A stretch of 60,566 nucleotides of DNA, the filler included, from Piptocephalis cylindrospora (lineage: Eukaryota): assembly GCA_003614145.1 (NCBI GenBank). It is 12 parts of 12 records of this genome, joined end to end, with 100 filler letters (N's around TTAATTAATTAA, not from the genome) between each part and the next. Parts side by side here need not be neighbours in the genome. Positions count along the whole stretch, not along the records: positions 1 to 4,998 come from KZ988445.1; positions 5,099 to 10,087 come from KZ988446.1; positions 10,188 to 15,162 come from KZ988447.1; 9 more parts are not named here. One strand, written 5' to 3'. Below, one piece after another: positions 1 through 11,285 of this stretch. The translations under genes were made by a program, and so were the position numbers. Position 1 is the stretch's first letter. Each line of letters opens with the position of its first letter. The notes under the pieces are model-generated. The model saw only the letters and a program-made list of their open reading frames with translations. It was not told the DNA's origin and searched no databases.

Positions 1-1151
1 CCCGAAGGGAGTTGACCACCGATTCCAGTTCCCAGAGCAGCTCGGGATCCACCTCTGATACATCCATCTCCCCCTCCTCTTCCCCTTCCTTTACCGATAC
101 TTCTTTTCCATTTCGAAGGGCACGTTCCTTGACAGATAAGATGGCGAGTTGCCGAGACAAATCCTTGGCATTGGATCCATATCCATCCTGCCATGAGCGT
201 AATGTGTCCCTGGGTCGATCGGCCACCCGACTGCTCATACCATCCTTGCTCCCTTCAATGGCCTTGAGGCCTCTGGCCCCCTCAATGGATCTAATGGATG
301 GTCCATAACCTGATACAGAAGGGACAGAGCTGACCGGAGGTTGCATGGGCTCAACGACCTTTCCATCAATAAAGTCAGCCTCGTGGATAACGGGACCCAC
401 TAGATCCCTACCGCTCCGGTGCCACGTCACCACTTGAAGACAGGAAAATACTGTCAGAGCCTTTACAATCCCACCAAGGGCCGTCAGGGTCCCGGCCTGG
501 GCCAGGGAGTAATCATCATCCTCAAACATCTCCCGTCGGACCAATTGTACAACGGCAGCAAGAGCCCGAGAAGTCTCTGTGGAGCCAAAGAGCCCATCAA
601 TTATCCGAACAGATTCGTCAGCGGCATGCAAGGAGGTGGAAATGGTAGTAGAGGTAAGTTGAAATCCCGTGAGAGCAAAAAGCTCAGCAAGGGTAAAGGC
701 CGTGTGGACATAGTATATGCCGAGGTTAGTGTATTTGTCCATGACTTGGAGGAATTGCTCACTAGATGTCCATGGAGGGATAGATGAGGTGAGATTGGGG
801 AATGAAGATACCATGGCCGGGTCATCCCACTCACCTATGGGAGGCAGATGCGCCATCTTCATCACCCTGATCGTTTCTGGGCATGACTGAATGCATAGAT
901 CTAGCCGTGGTGATTGCGGCAACGAGAGTGCGACGGGATAGGCCGAGGCCCGCGGATGTTCCGTACTTTGCACCCTCGAAGAAGCCCTCGACCAGTAGGG
1001 ATGAGGCCTGAAGCGAAAGGTGGGTGGCCCGAGACAAGGTGGAAATAACACCGGCTACCCGTTCATTGAGCAAGGCTGGATTCAAGCTAGAGGCTTCAAC
1101 GGCGATCTGGTTATCCATCCCCGAATCCATGAGGTCAGTAGTAGGGCTCAT
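1..1151 (-). CDS. Fungal class-3 lipase-like protein, N-terminal part (3'-partial, runs off the window)
   Basis: Exon 1 1151-835, GT-AG intron 834-762, exon 2 761-<1 in frame: ...EQFLQVMDKYTNLGIYYVHTAFTLAELFALTGF...IDGLFGSTETSRALAAVVQLVRRE. I recall this segment from the N-terminus of large fungal Lipase_3 proteins; the catalytic domain is not in the window. Confidence 0.55.
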
Positions 1152-3606
1152 TCTGCAGGATCACCGGAAAGGGTTTGGTTATGGATGAACAAGAAGTGGG
1201 GGGTTTCGGAGTGGTAGGACTTGGCCTGGAAGAAAATAAAAGGTATTGACACTAGATGATGATAAAATATATCTCGAGCAAGCACAGACAAGGCGGCGCA
1301 CCAGGTCAAGGTGAGGAGTGAACGGGAAGGTGAGGATGAGGGAACGAGTGGAAGGGCAAATGGAACAAGATGGTGGGCAAGCTATGGTCAAAGCGTGACG
1401 TAACCCGGGGGCAAGAGAGGGAGAAGGGGAAAATGGGATAACCAACAGGGAGGATGAGAGGGTAAGGAGCTTTGTTGGGAAATTCTGGGGAGAAGAATCG
1501 TCTCTGGCTGCCACCTCGGTTCTTATATGAGCGGACTCTAACAGCCGCACTAGGATGCGCGTGTGGGGTAAGAAAGGAGGGAAGATGGATCGGGGCGTGC
1601 TGCATCAGCCCAGCTGCCTTTGGGGCCACGCCCCCATGATCTCATTGGCTGAGAGATATGGTCACTGGAGTATTATTATTATTGTGAGTAAGAGCAGAGG
1701 GACTTGGCGGACACTCAGACAGACTGGGAAGGATGTAGAAAAGAGATAGAGCATGAAAAGAGGCGTGGGGCAAAGGGGGCATTCCCTAGCCTTCCCCTGA
1801 TTCCCTTATGGGTGCCATCCTTCACCTGATCTAGCTCATAATTTTCGAGGAAGCGAGATGGGGTCGAGGGGGAAATGCTTTGATAGAGGAACGATGCTTG
1901 ACGTTGAATGAACAAGCAATGCTGGCCATAATGAAAGTAATGCGCTAGATAAAGAGGAGTGTGAAATGCTGAGAACGGGAAAATACACATGGAATGGCAA
2001 GTACAGGAAGAAGGGATAAGGAAGAACACTGTTGTGAAGAAAGGGGCAGGCCCACTGATTTTGGTATCACGGTCCATTCAAAGAAAAACAGTACACAGAG
2101 CACGTGTCGCTACATAACCATCGCTCAATGATCTTTATCGCATTCTTCCTTGCTGATCTTGCATGAGGATGAGAATACATGTGATTTTATCATTTATCGT
2201 TCCCCTAGACTGGAGAAACTCTATGTCTAGTTGATTCAAACAATGACGTTTTTGGTCCGGCTAACAACTTGACTTTGTCATGCATGGAAGAGGGAAAATG
2301 ATGGTGACAAAATCTTTCTATTCTCCCTAATGAAGTAAGCTAAAGAGCATTCGAACACAGTGCACGTCTTAGAGACCAACATGCGTGGCACCAGAGATGC
2401 ATGGAGAAGGGAAAATGGCTGGGAAGCTCTTGCTTATTGGAGCGATACTACCTCTGTTAAGAATTACGATAAGATATATATTCGTGGGCGGAGCCATACT
2501 GTATGAAAGACGTTGTGCTATTCTGTCCAATTTCCCTCTCCATATGAAGGGGTGTAGCAAGGAGAAGAGGGGTAGAAGGTTGGATAGTAGTTGATACAGG
2601 TAGAAAAGGAGAGATGTTCTCTCATCTTGCCCTCTCTTCCAGTGTCAATATATCTTTCTGTATCCTACATTGTTTCTCTATATCTTCAAATACCCTACTG
2701 TAATAGAGATGATTCACAGTGTCATTGTATAAGGAGAGGCCATGAGCGGCCTTGTAATAATGCGTATGGTGCATGTGTGGCCATGCACGAGGAAATATAA
2801 TCCTCCTTCCAGATATTTCCATGGGACACACCAAAATAAAACATAGAAAAGGGGTCATGGGTGTATTGAAAATGGGATCAAGGAACGGAGGATCACACAC
2901 CCGGCATCTTCTTCACCCGTCAAAAGCGATCATGGAGCAGGGATAGCGGTTAGCTATCTCAATGGCGAGTACCAAGATATCGCCGATGATCTACAATACC
3001 CCAAGAACGCGTTACAAGGTTATGCATCAATGTACGCAACAATGAATATAATGCGTCATAGATTCAACAGGCGTTCAAATAAGTTGCACCAGATAACTTT
3101 GTGAAATTTATTTATATATTATATTGATAATGATGATGATAAGTCCATTTTATTTCCCCGATGGGGTAGGCATTTGGGCCTCCGAATGCATCACCGCCCA
3201 TAGGGCTGATCATGTCATATTGAACGATCATAAACTCTTCTTAACTCAAAGACAGCGGAAATTAACGCAACATTCATTCATTAGAATACGTCTGGGGATA
3301 TTATGTATCTCATATCCTCTGGAAGTCGTCACTCTTCCAATGTGTACAGACACCAAATGCTTCTCAGTATTAATGCTAATCTACACATATATTTATTTCG
3401 TACTATGGGCTGTAAGCATCACGTACTGGATGATTTTATGTGGTTATGCGGTTAGGGCCCTCAATGAGGGATAGTACGAGCGTGTCAGGATGCTTAATGT
3501 TGCCAGTCCCACAGGTCTCACCCAACAAGAGCAAAGTTAACGTCATTAACCACGCTGCTTTATCCTTTACCATCAATTATCTCTAAAAGAACCCAACCGA
3601 CCCACT

Positions 3607-4998
3607 ATGCCACCCGCGCCCTCTAGCGCAACCAGTACTTCCCATGTCCTTGGGATAGACCTGGGGACAACCTCACTCAAGGCAATCTTGCTTACTCAAG
3701 ATCTCCAGGTGGTGAGCACAGCCCAGGAACCTCTGGCCTCTTCCCATCCTAAGCCCGGTCACAGTGAGCAGGACCCGGAATCCTGGTGGAAGGCCCTTTG
3801 CAGAGCTGTTCATTCTCTGCTCCACCAAACAGGAGTGGATCCTAAGAGCATTAAAGGCCTAGGGATATCAGGGCAAATGCACGGCCTGGTCTTGGTGGAC
3901 GAGGACAAGAAGACCCATGTGGGTCCAGTCATTTTATGGAATGATACTCGGTCAACGACTCAATGTGAACGGTTGAATGGGGACGCGAACCTTGGAATCA
4001 TCCATCGGACAGGGAATAAGGCTCTTGAAGGCTTCACTCTTCCTAAGCTCCTGTGGGTCCAAGAGCATCGTAGGGATTGGCTAGAAGGGAATTGCCGAAT
4101 GCTTCTCCCTAAAGATTACTTGGTCTACCGACTGACTGGGATCCTTGCATCGGAACCCTCAGATGCATCTGGGACAGCTATATTAGATGTACAGACAGGC
4201 AAATGGGATGAGGATCTTTGCATCCAACTCGATCTCTCCCCTGCCCTCCTCCCTCCTCTTCAGCCCACTTCACATCATCCCGTAAGTCATAAAATCCTTT
4301 ATGAGGTGGCTGAAGCCCTGGATCTTCCCCAAGAAGTGATTATCGTGTCTGGTGGAGCAGATAATGCATGCTCTGCTCTCGCAGCTGGGATCTTGGACTC
4401 AGAGGATCCCAGAGCCCTCGTTTCCCTGGGCACATCAGGTGTGGTCCTTCGGCCCGTTCATCCTTCCTCTGTCGCCGTAACCCACCCGACTGGAGATTTA
4501 CATCTTTTCCGACATGTCACAGGAGAACCATACGTGATGGGAGTGATGCTCGCGGCAGCCGATGCCCTCTCCTGGTTTCGATCGATTGTGGCCCCCGAGT
4601 CATCCTTTACCCAATTGTGTCAGGAGGCTGAATTATCTCCCCCGGGAGCCAAAGGTGTCCTCTTTGCCCCTTGGATATGTGGGGAGCGTACTCCATATGC
4701 GGATGCTCAGGTCCGTGGAAGCTTCCTAGGCCTGGATATCACCCATACTCGAGCTGACCTAGCTAGAGCGGTCTTGGAGGGCGTGGCCTTTTCCCTCACT
4801 ACCATTCTCGACACCGTCCGAACCATGGGTCGGGTCCAGGATGGATCTACAGGTAGCGCAGAAAAGATCAAACAGTTGGTCGTCACAGGAGGAGGCGCCA
4901 AAAGCAAATTTTGGCTCCAGATCATTGCATCCATGACCCAGACTTCAGTCCTTCCCTATCAAGGAGAGGGAGCGGCCACAGGGGCGGCCATCCTGGCC
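3607..4998 (+). CDS. xylB: Xylulokinase, bacterial XylB type (FGGY carbohydrate kinase), intronless, 3'-partial
   Basis: Motifs GIDLGTTSLK, SEQDPESWW, ISGQMHG, ILWNDTR, GFTLPKLLWV, LPKDY, SDASGT, GGADNA, SLGTSGV, GERTPYAD, ARAVLEGVAFSL, GGGAKS, GAATGAAILA; cut by the contig end. Confidence 0.88.
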
Positions 4999-5098
4999 NN
5001 NNNNNNNNNNNNNNNNNNNNNNNNNNNNNNNNNNNNNNNNNNTTAATTAATTAANNNNNNNNNNNNNNNNNNNNNNNNNNNNNNNNNNNNNNNNNNNN
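4999..5098. other. Artificial contig linker (first of 11)
   Basis: 44 N + TTAATTAATTAA (stops in all six frames) + 44 N. Repeated at 10088-10187, 15163-15262, 20231-20330, 25293-25392, 30353-30452, 35409-35508, 40463-40562, 45498-45597, 50525-50624, 55552-55651. Confidence 0.99.
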
Positions 5099-5207
5099 GT
5101 CTGAGGCCATTCGTCGTACCCATAACGGGGAAAGTGTGTCCTTTTTGTTCAACACGGCCCTCTAAGCACCGGTTGGCTGAGGAAAGAAGGTCTAGTGAGG
5201 GTGGCAT
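5099..5207 (-). CDS. Possible N-terminus of S-formylglutathione hydrolase (esterase D), 3'-partial
   Basis: MPPSLDLLSSANRCLEGRVEQKGHTFPVMG loosely resembles the esterase D start (L.L.SSN+CF.G....Y.H.S.V.G); only 36 codons visible. Confidence 0.3.
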
Positions 5208-5516
5208 GATTATGGTACTGAGGAAGGAGAGAGGATATGAGAAAAAGACGACTTTCCCCATGATGTGCTGTTAGATCGCCGTGTAACGCGGCACGCGCCC
5301 TCTAGAGAGCCCATCTTCCTCCCTCCCACACTACGCAGCATGTATCACATACTACCCAAGAAGGAAAAAACACAGACAAGATTGAGAAAACAAGGAAGCA
5401 GAAGCTACATCTATTACCCAGCACTTGTCAAGCAGGCGCTTTCGAGGCAGTAGTCGTATGAAGCGCAAACCTTGTCCTGGAAGAGTCCGAAAGGGAAAAA
5501 GGAAAGGGACCAACGC

Positions 5517-5920
5517 TTAATCGAAAAGACCTAGAGAAAGGAAAGAAGAGGATTAGTACGCGCCATTGTCACCACCCAGCTCTCCGTCTCTCAAGTAAAA
5601 AATCACATACCGAAGCCCATGTCATCATCGGACTCCTCCTTCTCCTCAGCCTTCTCCTCGACCTTCTCCTCCGCGGCGGCAGCACCACCGGCGGCGGCAC
5701 CACCGGCAGCGGGGGCACCACCGGCAGCAGAGCCGACGTTCATGAGGAGCTCGGAGAGGTCCTTACCCTCGAGGGCCTTGGCGAAGATGGAGACCCAGAC
5801 GGGCTCAACATCGACGTTGGCGGCCTTGACGAGGCTCTGGATCTTGTCGGCGGTGATGTCGACATTGTCATCCTGGAGGATGAGGGAAGCGTAGACGCAA
5901 GCAAGCTCGGAGGTGGACAT
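5517..5920 (-). CDS. RPP1: 60S acidic ribosomal protein P1
   Basis: [18 protein letters not shown]...[18 protein letters not shown]...Ala/Gly hinge, [12 protein letters not shown]; intron 5610-5531 (GTATGT...CTAG) supplies the conserved terminal GLFD*. Confidence 0.97.
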
Positions 5921-5954
5921 GTTCTGAAAGTGGGAGGAGGAAGGGGGAATCAGA

Positions 5955-5983
5955 GATGGATGGATGGATGGATGGATGGATGG
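5955..5983. repeat. (GGAT)n microsatellite just upstream of RPP1 (probably in a 5'UTR intron)
   Basis: About 7 GGAT units; the minus strand has TTTCAG three bases before the ATG. Confidence 0.75.
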
Positions 5984-7012
5984 TCCGTGTAGGGGTGCAC
6001 AAAGTACGGATTTTAACTCTCAAGGAGATACACTTGGCTTAACCTACGGGCTTCAAAGGAGTGACGGGAGGAAGGAGTCGAGCGGGACTTTTTTGCTGAG
6101 GAGAGGAAGGAGAGGGGCGTGTTGATGTAGTGGAGGGAGCAGGCGTGTGGGTATTAGTGTGGGCGCGAGTGTGGGTAGTGGGTACGTGTGTGAAGCTATG
6201 TGTGGTGTCTTGGTATGTGTAGTCAAAAAAAAAGTGGCAGCAGAGTCAGTGTGGCAAGCAGATAGGGCCTTTTTTAAGGATGAAAAGGATTGAAAAAGGG
6301 ATCAATTCAAATAGTGAATATTCGCAGATTTTAGGAGAAATTGATCAGTATTTAAAATGTCCCTTGGGTGTGTGTTTCCCATAAGACAATAAATTTTTAT
6401 ACAAGAAATTGATCAGTATTGGACAAGAGTGCCCTGCCTCAATCCCAGGCCAAGAGGCTCTTTCCATGAACGCGAACGACCGTATCTGGAATTTAATGAT
6501 CATACTCCAGGATGACTCGATAACCAAGCCGTCTGGCTAGGCTAGATTGAATTAATAACAAACGTTCCAAAATCAGTAATTTAATAAAGCATTACCGTCT
6601 AATAATAGTAAGCTTAATGTATATCAGATCAGATTGAATAACAATTGTTATATGAAGAAGAAACTAACTCAAAGCCTCTCTTTCTTCTCTCATATCAAAA
6701 AGGGACTTTAAGAAGAGCCGTAGATCATATAAGGTTTTCTCGAACGAGGGTCATGTTCGTGGATAAGTGGTGCATGTACATGTGGGTTGGGTCACTCTGT
6801 CGATCTTTTTTCCATCATCCCCCCCTTCTCCGTCATCATCCCTTATTATCATCCCTTCTCCGTCATCATCTCCATCATTCTCTCTTCTCAGCTATCACCC
6901 CGATCTTCATTCTCTTTTCTCCCCTCTTTCCCTTATCTCGCTCACATTATAAACGCCATTCAAAACTCTAGATACATAGGTCATGTCTATTCTCTTACGC
7001 ACATGATAATGA

Positions 7013-9532
7013 TTAGATCCATCCATGCACCCAGGATGCTCGACCAGGAATCGTGCTATCTAGTACCTGGACGGATTCTCTCTCCTCTAACCGGGCCTTG
7101 GAGCCTACCCATGCCTCATTCCTGGCCCCCCACATGCCCAGACGAAGGCGGATGGACTGAGCCCAGGCCGCTTCAGAATCCCGGTGCCACAGACCTCCTT
7201 GCACCACCCGTAGCCAGGCCCACCACTCACATGCAGCGACCAAACGGCCTCGACAACTGGTACAGGCCCTCCAATTCTCGCTCGACGCAGTCCCTCCCCC
7301 GTCCTCCATGTCCAGGGATAACCGGAACATTTTTCCCGTTCGGGAAGGCTCTGGTCGGGACGCCGTGGCTAGGAGGGACGTGGGGGATCCTGTGCCTGCA
7401 CCACACAGTTCACATCCTGTGGGATGGGCAGAGCGTAGGGGCGTGACACGCGAACGACGAGAGTCCTCTGTATGTGAGTTGGAACCCGCTTGACGCTCGG
7501 CCACTCCCTTCTCCCCGCTGCCACCTGCACTCCGCTGCTTTTTCTCCGATTCGTTGGCCCTTCGAGCCCCATCCAACTCCGATGCTGTTTCGGATAACGC
7601 CTTTTGATCCATGTCGGAGGAACTCAGAGGTTGTAAGAGGATTTGTCCAGCACGGACAGCCGCATGGATTCGTCGTTGCAACCACCAGCCTGCCCCATCA
7701 AATCGAACCAAGACATCCGCTTCCTCCTTGGCGATCCGAGCAACGTATGCACTGCCCGTACCTGTTCGCCAGAAATCGCAAAATTCCTCCCAGATACGGC
7801 CCTCCCTTCGGCCCCACACCTCGACCATCCCTTGCCTTTCTCTATCCTCCTCTTCCCCGCTCCCCTCATCTTCTGCCTGGTTTCCACCGTTGCCCTGAAG
7901 GATACCAAGGCCTTGGACATCCCGTTGTAGGGATGAGGACTCAGAGGAGGAGGAGGGGGAGGGGGAGGAGAGAGAATAAGCGGACCCACTGGACCGTCCT
8001 TCCTCCCGGTTTAACGGGATGTCAACAAACTCAAACCTTCCCTCCCCACCCTCTTCGGTGATTGTACTGGCCCTGCGACTCCTGGGCTTCCCTCCGGACG
8101 GCTGATGGGCTACGCCCACGGGGCGAGGGCCCCTAGGACCTCCACCACCACCACCGGAATCCACGTTGGATGAAGCTGGGAGGGAGCGGCGAAGGACGCT
8201 CTTGAGATCCACCAATTCATTTTCCCGTAGTTGCCGAAGCTCCTGGACCTCCTGGAGCTTCCGGATTAACCTGGCGTTTTCCTCTTCGGCCTTTTTGGTA
8301 GCCTCTTTGGCCGATCTAACCATCTCACTGGCCTCTTCAAACACAGATTGGGAAAGATCCTCTAGCTGATCTTGCATGGCCTCAGCCTCAGCCTCCGCTT
8401 CACCTCGAGCCTCGGTAGCCATGATTAATTTCCGGGCCAAGACCTCCATATCCTCTTGAAGCGTTCGAACCACATGCTCCGGGGTGATGAGGCCATCGTG
8501 GGATTCGGACTTCCAATGCATTGGGTCGGTCTGGCATTCTACCAGGGTGGGTGGAGAAGGAGGTATGGGAGAGTGAACGGAGTCTCCAGACTGGTGCTGC
8601 AGTCTTGGGGGATAGGTTTGCCTCTTTGTCCTCCTTCTGGGTGGATGAGTGGGAGGGCCGGATCTGGATCCGATCTCCTTGGTCTCCATTTTCTCGGCCG
8701 GTGGGACAAGGTTGAACCCGGGGGTCAGGGGTGTGACGAGTTCGGGAGACTCTGTATCATCGTCTGGTTCCTGGGAAAGTACCAGGTCGGGTGGAGGGGT
8801 GGAGTTAGGGGTATGGAACTGCCGAAGGGGGGATGATCGGGGCGGGGAGTGTGAAGAGGAGGAGGAGATAGTGGAAGAGGATCTCTGGTGGTGAGAGTGA
8901 AAGGTCTCGGGAAGAGCATGGGATGGGACATTGGTTAGGGAGTACCGTCGGCCGTGCATGGATTTCAGATGACCAGGGTCTGTGGCATGTAAGGTGGGGG
9001 AATTCTGACTGGATGATGGACTGCTCCTTGGAGAGGAGGGTGCCGAGGCGGGCAGCTCCTGCAGACGAACTAGAGAAAAATGCTTCTTCTCCCGGACGAC
9101 TCCGTATTCTACACGTCCAAGCTCCTCCTCATCCTCCTCCTCCTCATTGCTATTATTATTATTCTCCTGAGCTGAGTTGATGGATGAAGATGTGGAGATA
9201 GGGAGAAGATGGTGGGATGAGGCTTTTCTAGAATGGGATGAAGAGGGGCGCTCCTCATCTTCCTCGTCGGATCCTGAGCGGGCGGGTGGGTAAGAGGAGG
9301 GATGGGGAGAGGAGCGTAGAGTAGTTGGACGTCTCCTTGGGGGAGGAGAGGGGGGCAAGGGGATGGAGCAGGGAATTTCTAGGGTGTTCTCGACCTTGAC
9401 CGTTTCTGTAACTGCCTGCTCAGAAGACTTGTTGACTTTTTTAGATTGGGGAGTCTTTTGAGAATGCTGTTGTTGATGACGAGGATGGGAAGCGGCGGGC
9501 TTTCCGGGGCCATGACGTTTCTTTCGAGCCAT
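7013..9532 (-). CDS. SEC2: Rab GEF Sec2/Rabin8 family protein
   Basis: Sec2 coiled coil (EAMQDQLEDLSQSVFEEASEMVRSAK) plus C-terminal CELCG...CTSCRGRLVAACEWWAWLRVVQGGLW...LRLGMWGAR module; long Ser/Pro-rich N-terminus; 839 aa, no intron needed. Confidence 0.88.
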   Translation of the reverse strand: MARKKRHGPGKPAASHPRHQQQHSQKTPQSKKVNKSSEQAVTETVKVENTLEIPCSIPLPPSPPPRRRPTTLRSSPHPSSYPPARSGSDEEDEERPSSSHSRKASSHHLLPISTSSSINSAQENNNNSNEEEEDEEELGRVEYGVVREKKHFSLVRLQELPASAPSSPRSSPSSSQNSPTLHATDPGHLKSMHGRRYSLTNVPSHALPETFHSHHQRSSSTISSSSSHSPPRSSPLRQFHTPNSTPPPDLVLSQEPDDDTESPELVTPLTPGFNLVPPAEKMETKEIGSRSGPPTHPPRRRTKRQTYPPRLQHQSGDSVHSPIPPSPPTLVECQTDPMHWKSESHDGLITPEHVVRTLQEDMEVLARKLIMATEARGEAEAEAEAMQDQLEDLSQSVFEEASEMVRSAKEATKKAEEENARLIRKLQEVQELRQLRENELVDLKSVLRRSLPASSNVDSGGGGGGPRGPRPVGVAHQPSGGKPRSRRASTITEEGGEGRFEFVDIPLNREEGRSSGSAYSLSSPSPSSSSESSSLQRDVQGLGILQGNGGNQAEDEGSGEEEDRERQGMVEVWGRREGRIWEEFCDFWRTGTGSAYVARIAKEEADVLVRFDGAGWWLQRRIHAAVRAGQILLQPLSSSDMDQKALSETASELDGARRANESEKKQRSAGGSGEKGVAERQAGSNSHTEDSRRSRVTPLRSAHPTGCELCGAGTGSPTSLLATASRPEPSRTGKMFRLSLDMEDGGGTASSENWRACTSCRGRLVAACEWWAWLRVVQGGLWHRDSEAAWAQSIRLRLGMWGARNEAWVGSKARLEERESVQVLDSTIPGRASWVHGWI

Positions 9533-10479
9533 TGATGCGGAGTGACAAGAGTGATAAGGGAAAGGGTGCTATGGGGGATCTGAAGGGAGGATATAGTGTT
9601 TTTTGGGAAGGAAAGAAGAAAGAGAGGGATATGAAGGGGAAGGGGAAGGGGAGGGGGAAGGGGGAGGGGAGGGGAAGGGGTATATAAAAAGGCGACGAAC
9701 AATATGTTCAGGATGTATAGATGGTAATCGTTTATTTGCCGGTTGAGGACCAAGGCCAAAGAGAGGAAGAGTAAGAAACAACAAAGACGCAGGATGAGTA
9801 GGCAGGGGTAGGCACGAGAGGCGTGTGGTCGGTGCGGGTAATGAAAAAAGGGGAGATGAGCAAATGTTGGGCTGGGGAAGAGAGATGTTATGGGAGGGGG
9901 GGATGTCTGGTTGATAAGGGAAGGATAGGGAGGAGATACGCTTTTACGATGATGGTGATGATGATATGTAGTGATGATGAGAGAATGATGAGTGGGGTGC
10001 TGTCATGAGATGAAGGGTGAGACATAGTAGCGATGGGTCCAAGGTATGTGAACATTGAGACCTACGAATGTAAGGAGTGTAAAAGGGNNNNNNNNNNNNN
10101 NNNNNNNNNNNNNNNNNNNNNNNNNNNNNNNTTAATTAATTAANNNNNNNNNNNNNNNNNNNNNNNNNNNNNNNNNNNNNNNNNNNNGGGTGGGTCATCA
10201 TCAAGGCGATTTGGGAGTGCAGGGGCAAGAAAGGCAGGAGAGTGGGTAGAATGTCCAATGGGAGATCCAAGAGCGTGGGATAAGACGAGGTCATGGTGAT
10301 GGGAGGGGAATGATCTGGGATGAAGGGAAGGGAAGGGGAAGGGCTGTGATGGGTGAATGGGGGAGGGTGAGAGGGAAGGGGGATGGGACGGGTCTTGGAA
10401 AATCTCCAGCCCTAGCTTTATACCCTAGATGGCCCTGCATATGCACACCTGCGCTAAAGGAAGAAGGAAATGAAGGGGA

Positions 10480-10512
10480 TGTGTGTGTGTGTGTGTGTGT
10501 GTGCGTGTGTGT
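10480..10512. repeat. (GT)n microsatellite
   Basis: Near-perfect GT run. Confidence 0.85.
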
Positions 10513-11285
10513 ATTATTTTCATGGAAAACTCGTTACTGAGCACGGATGGAGATAGGGACCTGGTCTGTGTCCCGAAAGATGAGGGGGCATGGATCATGA
10601 CAGGGGATGATGAAGGAGATGGGGCCATTAAGAGGCCTTGGCGGCGAGTAACTGTTTCCGAAGAGGGTCTGAGCACATGTGCACTTCATCGACACAAGGC
10701 GCCCTGAGACACATCTGATGATGGTGGGTGGGGATATATCGTACAGGGAGATGGGGGAGGCAGGTCCATCTGATGTGGCTAGTAGGGTGATGGGGGCCCA
10801 CCTGATGAAAGGAGTGACGCTGTGGATACACCTCACAAAAAGAGGATGCAATGAGGGACGACGAGTCATGCAGCCTTTCATCCGGAAGCTCATAGATCCC
10901 CTCATGCCGTCCCTCCTGAAGATGAATACCCATCTCCCCTGGTGCTCGGTCCTGCAGCACACACGGCCCATCCCATTAGGAGGGAGGGGCGAGCGGGAGA
11001 TCACGCAAGGTTCCGAGTGGTCCGATCCCCACGGACGCTGCAACTTCCCTGGTGTCACCCTCTCCAACCCTCCTCTTCGCCGCCATCTCCATCAGATCGG
11101 CGATCAATATCTGAGTCCCCCAAGCCCACAATGAAACCCCGATAGGAGGGCCAAATCGTATTTCCCACATCCCAACACCGATCTGGCATCAGGCAGCTAG
11201 CTGGGCTCTATCTCCACATGCAGGAAGCGACAATGGGGGGCTTCAATCAGCATCCTCATGGCGATTCAAGAATCAAAAACACGCT

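Noticed and set aside
1200..3600. Possible xylose isomerase or other operon remnant upstream of xylB
   Set aside because: No XylA or transporter motifs in the ORFs or frames I examined.
10425..11170. Several overlapping 60-180 aa ORFs on both strands
   Set aside because: No recognisable motif in any frame; more likely upstream DNA of a gene beyond the contig's left end.
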